A DNA stretch of 64,000 nt from Tetramitus jugosus (Eukaryota > Protista > Heterolobosea). The position numbers and the translations under genes are program-made. The notes under the pieces are model-generated. The model searched no databases. It saw nothing but the letters and a program-made list of their open reading frames with translations, and was not told the DNA's origin. The stretch covers positions 1 through 64,000 of the forward strand of contig OW569357.1 of the NCBI GenBank assembly GCA_937625935.1, given 5' to 3'. How positions within the stretch are numbered: position 1 is the stretch's first letter; every line of letters starts with the position of its first letter. Shown here in pieces: positions 32,765 through 42,195 of the stretch.

Positions 32765-35700
32765 ATGACCCCATCCTCAACCAAGCAACTTGGTGTCACT
32801 CTTCTCGCCATCCTGTTATTGTTGTTGGCAACAATGATGCACTCTTCTCCGATTCTCCATCTCAAATCCCTCCATGTTGCTTCACAAGGAACATCGAAAT
32901 CGACCACAAAGTTCTCTCAACTGCAGCAACAGCAACAGCAACCACATCGCACATTGCCCAATGTGATAAATCATCTTTTGTCTCAGAGACAGTTGATGCA
33001 CAACAACAATCTGGTCGTTGTTGAAAATGATGGTGATGCTGATGCTGGTCATCAAGTGAAACAACTGATGCAAAAATGGAAGCAACCAAAAGCTTTTATC
33101 GTTTCTTTCCAATCTGACACTGTTTTCAGTCAAGAGTTCCTCTCCATGTTTCAGTCTGTTTCTCAAGGTGTTGAACTGCGTGACTACTTGCCACAGCACT
33201 CTTTTGTCGTTCAAGCTTCAGATTATCAAATGAGTTTGATTGCACATTTGGATCAGTTGGAGCAAATTGCGGAATATACACCAGAGCTCAAGATTTGTCC
33301 AACAATTAGTGAAAAATCAAGTGATGAACCTGAGAATGGTCATGATGATGATGCTGAATCGAGTTCAACAATGGCACAGTGGCTCGAAGCTTCTCTACAG
33401 GGCAACTGGGAGAAGGCCAATGTTCTCAAGGATCAAGTGTTGAATGCCAACAAGAATCAACCAATGAATCGTCGCTCAAAGCTTCAAAAGCAAGACAAGA
33501 AGCAACCTGAATGGGACACCCTCATTCTCAAGCTATTCCAATCCAATAAGAATTCAGCTGATGTGAATTCAGACAGTGTGATGATGAGCAAATTTAGATC
33601 ATTGTTGGATGAACAAAAAGTCAAATATGCATCGTTTGCAAAGACGAGTCGTTCTACTGTGATTTTGGTCGTGAAAAGTGATCAATCATTTGTTGCTGCA
33701 CGTTTATTGAGTCAGTACCCTGAAATTCAATGGATTGAGAAGGACCTTGAAGAGGAAGTACAACCTGACATGAAACATGTGCCATGGGTCATGCAATCAG
33801 GAAAGAAGGATTCAGTTCCACTTACAAATGTTGGACTAACAGGAAAGGGACAAGTGATTGGTGTGTCTGACACTGGACTCGACACCAATAGTTGTTATTT
33901 TTATGATGCTGATCATCCAGTTCCATTCTATGAGGATTATAATGAACGTATACCTCACAAGACTAGTCCTCACAGATCAATAGAGATGTACTATGCATTT
34001 TTAGACAAATTAGATGCCGTGAACGGACATGGAACACATGTTTGTAGTATTGCCTCTGGCTCTTATCGCTCCTCTGTCTCTGCAAACAGTTCTCTCATGC
34101 AACAATACAATGGGGTTGCACCAGAATCAAAGATTGCCTTTTTCGATGTTGGATGTCACAATCCAAAAGGATGTAACTGTACAACCAATACACCAGAGGG
34201 TGTGTGTCCATGCAAGCCAGATGCGCCATGCCCATATGAAAAGTTGAATCTCCCAACTGACTTGCGATCTGGTTATTTCTCAAAGGCGTACGAAGCTGGT
34301 GCGCGAATTCATTCAAGTTCTCTCGGTGGAACGATTGGTTTTCCGTACAATGATAAATCAATTGCAATTGATGAATTCATGTACGAGAATGATGACTTTT
34401 TAGTCGTATGGTCCGCTGGAAACTCTGGAGCAGAGGGAGGGTTTATGACGCTCACTGGTTCGTATAAACAGGCAAAGAACAATATTGTAGTTGGTGCAAG
34501 TACTAGTCCTAACGATAGTTGGAAGGACAAGTATGATATTTATGAGGATTATGCCGCTCTGCTGTACAATAGTAAATTGGAGCTCTTCTCACTGTTGCAA
34601 TGTGGTTGCAATCCTGGCACACATGACCTTTGCATGAGTATTGCTGCCATGGAAGGTGATTGTTGCTCTTTGATGAGCAATTGTAAATTGGATATCTCAC
34701 TTCAATCAAAGGTATTTCCCAATTTACCTGTTGACTGCTGTAAGAAATGCAATCTACAGCAATTGAAGGGATCTATCACTCACCTTAAATATGATTACCA
34801 ATCGACTGCTGGGTTGAGTAGTCTTGGCCCAGCAATGGACGGTAGATTGAAGCCTGATGTGGTGGCACCTGGATACTATATCAATGCTGCTCGAAGTCAT
34901 GGAGCCAACACAACTCTTTCGTGTCCTGTTGCCAACTCTCCTGATCCAAACTTCCATCTGGTTTATAAGGCTGGAACATCGATGGCCACTCCTGTAATTG
35001 CAGGTACGGCCGCACTCGTTCGTCAATATTTCGAAGAAGGTCGATATACACTCAACAAAGTGGGTGTCTCAATCAATCCGTCTGCTGCATTGGTCAAGGC
35101 ATGCATTATTGCTTCAGCCCGCCCACTGACTGACTATGCCCAGAACAAGCAAAAAATATTGAACTTGGTTCCATCTGTGCGTAGAATGTACGAAGGGTTC
35201 GGACTTCCCAGTTTGATTAATGTGCTGCCATTGAATCAAGATCTGAACATGTTCTTCAAGGACAGACAACCAATCGCACAGGGATTTGAGCACGTGTATA
35301 CATTCAAATATACACCACAAAAATTGCATGACTTCACAGCTACGCTGGTGTGGACTGACAAACCTGGATCTAGCTTCTCGTCAGTTGCACTCGTCAATGA
35401 CTTGGATTTGTTTGTGGAGTTCCTGGATGCAGAATCAGGGAAAAAGGTGTCCATATGGGGCAACAGTTGGGACGACTCATCCAATAGACCGGATCATCTC
35501 AACAATGTTGAGAAGATTCACTTTGACAAATCTTTGGCAACTTCTCACCTGACAATCAAGGTCATAGGTCACTTGGTGCCCTCAGGCAGTCAGAACTACT
35601 CTCTTGTTGTCACTGGAAGTTACTTTAGTGCAGAAGAAGCTGTCAACTCACTAACAGAAAGAGAATACAACAAGAACACTCCTACACCTGGTCCTGACCC

Positions 35701-35902
35701 ATCGAAACCAAAAGAAACAACGATTCCTATCTGGGTGGTTGTCGTCATGTTGTCCATCATTGCCTTGCTCGTCATTCTCACTGTTGCTCTCGCTATTGTA
35801 ACAATCAGGACTGTTACAAAAGGTAGTCCCAGGTATGCGCGAATGGGAGCCGCCACGGAAATGAAGGAGAAGTTCATTGACGAAACGCAGTACTACCAGT
35901 GA
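32765..35902 (+). CDS. Membrane-anchored subtilisin (S8, Kp43/Tag-protease-like)
   Basis: Signal peptide, catalytic VSDTG / HGTHV / GTSMA, oxyanion AGNSG, TLVWTD..NDLDL..NNVE beta-domain and a C-terminal TM segment. Confidence 0.93.
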   Translation: MTPSSTKQLGVTLLAILLLLLATMMHSSPILHLKSLHVASQGTSKSTTKFSQLQQQQQQPHRTLPNVINHLLSQRQLMHNNNLVVVENDGDADAGHQVKQLMQKWKQPKAFIVSFQSDTVFSQEFLSMFQSVSQGVELRDYLPQHSFVVQASDYQMSLIAHLDQLEQIAEYTPELKICPTISEKSSDEPENGHDDDAESSSTMAQWLEASLQGNWEKANVLKDQVLNANKNQPMNRRSKLQKQDKKQPEWDTLILKLFQSNKNSADVNSDSVMMSKFRSLLDEQKVKYASFAKTSRSTVILVVKSDQSFVAARLLSQYPEIQWIEKDLEEEVQPDMKHVPWVMQSGKKDSVPLTNVGLTGKGQVIGVSDTGLDTNSCYFYDADHPVPFYEDYNERIPHKTSPHRSIEMYYAFLDKLDAVNGHGTHVCSIASGSYRSSVSANSSLMQQYNGVAPESKIAFFDVGCHNPKGCNCTTNTPEGVCPCKPDAPCPYEKLNLPTDLRSGYFSKAYEAGARIHSSSLGGTIGFPYNDKSIAIDEFMYENDDFLVVWSAGNSGAEGGFMTLTGSYKQAKNNIVVGASTSPNDSWKDKYDIYEDYAALLYNSKLELFSLLQCGCNPGTHDLCMSIAAMEGDCCSLMSNCKLDISLQSKVFPNLPVDCCKKCNLQQLKGSITHLKYDYQSTAGLSSLGPAMDGRLKPDVVAPGYYINAARSHGANTTLSCPVANSPDPNFHLVYKAGTSMATPVIAGTAALVRQYFEEGRYTLNKVGVSINPSAALVKACIIASARPLTDYAQNKQKILNLVPSVRRMYEGFGLPSLINVLPLNQDLNMFFKDRQPIAQGFEHVYTFKYTPQKLHDFTATLVWTDKPGSSFSSVALVNDLDLFVEFLDAESGKKVSIWGNSWDDSSNRPDHLNNVEKIHFDKSLATSHLTIKVIGHLVPSGSQNYSLVVTGSYFSAEEAVNSLTEREYNKNTPTPGPDPSKPKETTIPIWVVVVMLSIIALLVILTVALAIVTIRTVTKGSPRYARMGAATEMKEKFIDETQYYQ

Positions 35903-36263
35903 AGAGATTTTTTTCAGCGCTTTCGTTACGAACGGACTTACTATAAATAAATTATTCTCCTGTCATGACCTGATTGGGTTTTGCTGCGATGAGATTCAGT
36001 GAACTTGCTTGTTCACCGCTGAGCGCGAAAATTGGGGGCTCAGTTGAATCTGTTCTGCTTGCAAGTACCTCCTTTGCCCTCATTCAGCAATGACTCCAGA
36101 AGGCACCTGTCCATTGACCCTTCCAACAACAAGCTGAAGCTTTTCTAGATTTTTTTTGACAAGCAACATCAACACGCACCTCATTAAAACTACTACACAC
36201 AAAAGAGACCAAGTTCTCTCTCATCAGACAACAACCGTAATCAACCCAAACGAATTTTAAGAC

Positions 36264-39200
36264 ATGTCCTATGTTGAAGCACCAGAGGACAGTGTTGTGA
36301 GCCTACCACCAAGAGCAAGCTTTGACAATGGTGGTAGCAGCCGTGGAAGAACAAGCGTAGAAATTCCTCGTCTCTACGCTGAAGCCAGACAATCCATTGA
36401 TATTGTTCAGAGGGATCGTGCCATTCAAGATGCGACTCACAAGCCCAACAAGACTTTGGTCAAGAAGGCAAAGAAGAAGGCCATTGAGATTGAAGAACAT
36501 AAGCTCAGTACGGCTCAAGTCGTAGCCATGTACACGAGCAATTTTAATGAAGACACTCCACAAAAGAGTGCTGTATGTATACACCATTATCTATTTGATT
36601 TTTCTTAAAAAACAATCATTTTGGCATGTGAACAATGAGCGTCGACCATTGATTCCTATTTTGTCATGTTGGTCGTTGGCAAAGTGAACCAGAAGCAGTT
36701 ATCGAATCAAACAAGCTTACACTTTTTTTTTTGGCGCCATTGTGTAAATTACAATCATCATGACGATGTTTGTGTTGTTTGTTGTTGTTTGTTGTAGGGA
36801 TTGAACTCTGTGGATGCAGAAGAGAGATTGAAGATTAATGGTCTCAATGAATTGACACCACCAAAATCAAGACCTGCCATTCTCAAGTTCTTGGATCAAT
36901 TCACTGGTCTTTTTGCCATTTTGTTGATTGTCGCTTCCATTTTGTGTTTTGTGACGGTTGCTGTGGATCACAAGGAAAATTTCGATAACATTTTCTTGGC
37001 CATCATTCTGCTCATTGTCGTGTTTGTCAACGGTACCATTACTTTTATCGAAGAACGAAAGGGTGAGAAAGTATTGGAGGGATTTGCTGGTATGGGAGCA
37101 TCGTACTGCACAGTGTACAGAGATGGAGAGTTGAGAACGTTGGATGTGAAGCATTTGGTCGTGGGAGATATTGTGCAAGTCAAGGGTGGTGATAAGCTGC
37201 CTGCCGATGTGAGAGTATTGACTGCGAATGGACTCAAGGTTGACAATAGTTCACTGACTGGAGAACAGGAGCCTCAAAAGAGAGGTGTCGAATGCACTCA
37301 CAACAATCCATTGGAAACTCAAAATCTCATGTTCTTTGGTACGCTGTTGATTGAAGGAGAGGGTATTGGTGTTGTGATTCGAACCGGTAACAACACTGTC
37401 ATTGGTCAGATTGCAAATCTTGCAAATACGACTGGAAAATTGGAAACTCCTCTGAAGAAGGAAATCAATTCCTTTGTGAGAAAGATTGGTGCGATTGCTG
37501 TGATTACTGCCATCATTTTCTTCTGTATTGGTTTCGCTGTTGGTAACTCGTTTGGTACGAACTTTGTTTTTGCGATTGGTATTATTGTAGCCAATGTGCC
37601 TCAAGGTTTGATTGCTACTGTGACAGTCGTGTTGACCATCTCTGCCAAGAGACTCGGTCGTAAGCAGGTCATTGTGAAAACTCTGGAGTCCGTGGAAACA
37701 CTTGGTTCCACAACGATTATTGCTTCCGATAAGACTGGTACTCTGACTCAAAACAGAATGACAGTTGTTGATTTGTGGTATGATGGAAGAATGGCATCTG
37801 TACCTTATGACAGATGGATGAAAGAGAAGCCAACTGATGTCAAGTTGGATCCGTTGAGTGATGAGAAGTCCTTGAACACTTTCAAATTACTTCAGAGATG
37901 TATTTCTCTGTGTAATCGTGCTGTTTTCAATCCAGAACCAGAGAACTTGCAAAAGCCAATTTTGGATCGTAAGTGCCTGGGTGATGCTTCCGAAGAAGCT
38001 CTCTTCAAATATTTCTCAACTAGACCTGATGTGGTCACTGTTGACGCTATTCGAACAAATTATCCAAAGGTGTTCGAAATTCCATTTAACTCCAAGAACA
38101 AGTGGCAATTGTCTATTCATACCAACTTGTCCAATACGGATGAAAATGCTGCTAGACTCCTGTTGATCAAGGGTGCTCCTGAGCGTGTCTTTGCCAAGTG
38201 CAGCAAAGTAATGGTTGACGGTAAGATTATTCCAATAGATGAAGACTGGCAACAGTACTTTAAGGACGCATACGAATATTTGGCCTCCAAGGGAGAAAGA
38301 GTGTTAGGATTCGCTCAATTGGTCCTTGATCCTACTCAATATCCTGCCTCCATGGACAAGAATTACAACGATGTGAATATTCCACAGGGAGAGTATGTCT
38401 TCATTGGTTTGACTGGTTTGATGGATCCACCCAAGGTTGGTGTCCTAGAAGCCATCTCCAAATGTAAGCAAGCAGGTATTCAAGTTATTATGGTTACTGG
38501 TGATCATCCTATCACTGCAAAGGCTATCGCAAAGCAAGTTGGTATTATCGAGGGTAAGACCGTTGAAGATATTGCTGAGGAAGAAGATTGCAGACCAGAA
38601 GATGTTGATCCAAAGAGAGCGGATGCCGTTGTTTTACATGGTGAGAAGATTGATGCTTTGACTGATAAGGACTGGAAAATGGTTCTGTCCAAGAAGCAAA
38701 TTGTTTTCTCAAGAACTTCTCCTCAACAAAAGTTGCAAATTGTCGAAAGATGTCAAGCTGCTGGCCATATTGTCGCCGTGACAGGTGATGGTGTGAACGA
38801 CAGTCCTGCATTGAAGAAGGCAGATTTGGGTATCTCTATGAATATTACTGGATCCGATGTCAGTAAGGAAGCAGCTGCTATCATCTTGATGGATGATAAC
38901 TTTGCATCTATTGTGAACGGTATTGAAGAAGGCAGATTGATTTTTGATAACCTGAAAAAGTCTATTGCCTATACTCTGACTCATGCCCTTCCTGAGATTA
39001 TTCCTTTCTTGGCCAACATTATTCTCTCAATTCCATTGCCTGTGAGTTCCATTTTGATTATTTGGATCGATTTGGGTACAGAGTTTGTTGCTGCCATTTC
39101 ATTGGCTTATGAAAGTGCTGAGGCAAACATCATGGCCAGACCTCCCAGAAGCAAAGAAGACTCCATGGTTTCATTCGGACTCTTGTCATTCTCCTATCTA

Positions 39201-39698
39201 CAAATGGGTGTGATTGAGACAATGGCTTGCTTCTTCTCGTACTTTGTTGTGATGAATCACTTTGGCATTTCACCAAAAATGCTGCCTGGACTGTCAAAGA
39301 AGTACTTTAAGGAGCATGCACCTCTTCTAAAGGTTGGAAATCATATTTACACGAGTAAGGATCAGGCATGGATTCTGGCAAATGCACAATCAGCCTATTT
39401 CCTCGGTATTGTCATGGTTCAATGGATGAACGTTTACTGTTGCAAGACGAGAATCAACTCACTGTTGTCTCAAGGTATTTTCAGAAACTGGGTGGTTCAG
39501 TTCGGTCTCGTCTACGCTGCTGCCATCTGTTGTATCATTTTCTATGTTCCAGGTCTCAACAATGTCGTTCTTCAGTCTGCACCAATCTCTTGGAGATTCT
39601 GGTTGCCACCACTGCCATTCATGCTCGTGTGCTTTGTTTATGACGAAGTTCGAAAACTGTTGCTCAGAAGAGCTGGTTGGAAGTTCTTGTTGTATTGA
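36264..39698 (+). CDS. P-type ATPase, type IIC (Na/K-, H/K-ATPase alpha-like); intron 36573-36797
   Basis: NGLNELTPP, KVDNSSLTGE, DKTGTLT, FNSKNKW, KGAPE, MVTGDH, GDGVND and IFDNLKKSIAYTL. Confidence 0.95.
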
Positions 39699-39821
39699 AC
39701 GCGCACACACACGTCATACAATCAACAAACAACAAGAAGAAATGAAATAAAACGAGCTTGTTGTTGATCACTCAAAATATTCACAACTCAAAATTGCACT
39801 TTACATCCGGAATCATTTTTT

Positions 39822-40115
39822 TTATTTGAGTTTGTTTGCTGCCAGCTGATCTTTCCTCGTGGCGTCATGCAATATATCAACGTCGATATCTTGTACCGGG
39901 AGTTGAATATAACGCACAGTAGAACCACGAATGAAACAGTTTTTCATGCAACCCAAGTAAGGGTGCTTTTCTGGTTCAGTCACTTTGACAGAGTTTAGTT
40001 TAATGTTCAAGTATTGATCAACAGAGTGGAGAGTTCCTCTCAACGACACATCATTCTTCAACTCGACAACAACTTCCTTATCGACCAGTGTTTTGAAGAA
40101 ACTATAGAACAGCAT
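39822..40115 (-). CDS. LSM2: U6 snRNA-associated Sm-like protein LSm2
   Basis: MLFYSFFKTL...VELKND...GTLHSVDQYLNIKL...NCFIRGS.VRY...DATR. Confidence 0.97.
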   Translation of the reverse strand: MLFYSFFKTLVDKEVVVELKNDVSLRGTLHSVDQYLNIKLNSVKVTEPEKHPYLGCMKNCFIRGSTVRYIQLPVQDIDVDILHDATRKDQLAANKLK

Positions 40116-40335
40116 TGTGATTACAGAGTTTTTGCTTTGCCGTTTGGCGCCAAATCACGAATGATTGAACTTCAACCAAAAAATGCCGACTTCATTCTCA
40201 AATACACCGAACTTGTGATGGACATGTTCAGCTCAAGTTCAACACGAGAGAAATATAAAAAGAAAAGCCATTCCCAGATTTTGTTATAACATAACACATA
40301 CGACATACTCCACAAACACTAACAAGTACATAACA

Positions 40336-42153
40336 ATGGATCATCTCTTTGCCAACATTACCCAAAGAAGGGTTACGATCATTGAAAACAGACAAAACAG
40401 CAGTGATGCGGCTGATGATCATTCTCAGATGTTTATTGTCGCGGGAGATGAAGATTCTTCATCTGTTAACACTCCTCATACTGTCATTCTGAGAGATAAC
40501 AAAAATTGTAAAATACTCCTTCCAAGGCATCGCAAGTTCTCGCGTGTTCAAGTTCTCAACTGTCAGAACTGCCAGATTGTAATCGACGGTCCAATCATGA
40601 CAGCCACTCTGGAGATTATTGACTGTGAGAGTAATGAGATTCATATCAATGGAACCAATGCGGATATTGGTATCGTTACGTTGGACAATGCTCGACTCAA
40701 CAAGTTAGTGTTGGGACATGATCAGAGCCCTCCACTGGCCATTCAATTCTTGAGTTGCTTCCAGTCATTTGACAACTCTGTTCAAGTAAGATTGTTCAAC
40801 GATCAGATGTTCCATTTGAGAACAAGGAACGATGTGTTGGAAGCAGAGAGCACTCAAGATGCTGAGAATGGAGAAAATAGCTACGTCTCACAAACATCGA
40901 TCCAATACATTTCTCGCTTCTTTAACCATGGAGAACTGAGAACGGAGAGAGCTGTGAGAGAGGGATGTGGTTACGTCACCACTGACCGAGAGAAGAAGAT
41001 CAACGAAGAGAAACAGCGAAGATTAGAGGAAGGAATGGAACGATTGATTGCACAGAGCCTTGGTTTCAGTAATCACAACAGCAGCAAACCAAAGACTGCA
41101 CCTCGAATTCAACCAAAGCCTCGACCTACCACCACTGGTCAACTGTTGGCCACATCATCCTCTCGTCGCAGTGACCATGGTTCCTTGTTGCAACAAGTTT
41201 CAGGTTTTAATCGTCAAAATTTGAAGCCAACAGAGACCGTTGTGACTCAAGTCACAGATTTGGGTCTAGATGATCAACCTGTAATGATCGAGAAGTCTGA
41301 TGCACCAAAGGAGATTTTCGATTCAGAAGAGTTGGTGAGAGAATGTGCCAAATCTGTCGCTCAAAAGTTGAAGCAAGCACAGCATGCTTGTGTGTACACG
41401 GGAGCTGGCATTTCAACCTCTGCTCGCATTCCAGATTACAGAGGGCCACAGGGAATTTGGACATTGAGAGATCAAGGTCGTTTGCATGAGGCCAAAACAA
41501 TCGACATTGAACAAGCATATCCAACTTATAGTCACTATGCATTGACATTGTTGTTGCAGAAGGGGTACATCAAGCGTATCATTTCGACCAATGTGGATGG
41601 TCTTCATCGAAGATCTGGTTGTGGTCAAGAGAATCTCTCAGAGCTCCATGGTAATAGTTACAGAGAAGTGTGTGCCACTTGTAGAAAGGAATATTTGCGA
41701 GGCTATGATGTGTGTAAAACCGTGTCTGATTACATGAGCCACGTCACTGGCAGAGTATGCAGCTGTGGAGGTCAATTGAAGGACACAATTATCCACTTTA
41801 CCGAGTCATTGTCAGATAATGAGTTGAATCCTGCCATCGAACATGCTCGAAAGTCTGACATGTCTTTGGTGCTTGGTACATCGATGCAAGTGAGACCAGC
41901 CTGTGCACTCCCAACATTGAACCCAAAATCTCAACTGGTGATTGTTAACTTGATGACAACTCCATATGATAGCAAAGCTGAGTTAGTTGTCCATGCGAAA
42001 ACAGATTCCTTCATGGAGCTTGTTATGAGGGAGTTGGGATTTCATGACGAAGTTGATATGTCTTATGACGAACTGCAGGTTGTGAGATCTAATGAACCTT
42101 CTCAAATAATTGACACGGATCCTAATAAGACATCCTGGTTGTACCAGAAGTAA
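40336..42153 (+). CDS. Class IV (SIRT6/7-like) sirtuin with N-terminal CAP_C/TBCC-like beta-helix and WH2-like motif
   Basis: GAGISTSARIPDYRGPQGIWT, NVDGLH, ELHGN, CxxC..CxC and LGTS. The N-terminus has NCKI..NCQNCQI..TLEIIDC, and the linker has LLQQVSGFNRQNLKPTET. Confidence 0.88.
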   Translation: MDHLFANITQRRVTIIENRQNSSDAADDHSQMFIVAGDEDSSSVNTPHTVILRDNKNCKILLPRHRKFSRVQVLNCQNCQIVIDGPIMTATLEIIDCESNEIHINGTNADIGIVTLDNARLNKLVLGHDQSPPLAIQFLSCFQSFDNSVQVRLFNDQMFHLRTRNDVLEAESTQDAENGENSYVSQTSIQYISRFFNHGELRTERAVREGCGYVTTDREKKINEEKQRRLEEGMERLIAQSLGFSNHNSSKPKTAPRIQPKPRPTTTGQLLATSSSRRSDHGSLLQQVSGFNRQNLKPTETVVTQVTDLGLDDQPVMIEKSDAPKEIFDSEELVRECAKSVAQKLKQAQHACVYTGAGISTSARIPDYRGPQGIWTLRDQGRLHEAKTIDIEQAYPTYSHYALTLLLQKGYIKRIISTNVDGLHRRSGCGQENLSELHGNSYREVCATCRKEYLRGYDVCKTVSDYMSHVTGRVCSCGGQLKDTIIHFTESLSDNELNPAIEHARKSDMSLVLGTSMQVRPACALPTLNPKSQLVIVNLMTTPYDSKAELVVHAKTDSFMELVMRELGFHDEVDMSYDELQVVRSNEPSQIIDTDPNKTSWLYQK

Positions 42154-42195
42154 AGCCAATATGTACAAATACACGAAACCTTTTATCAATGATCA

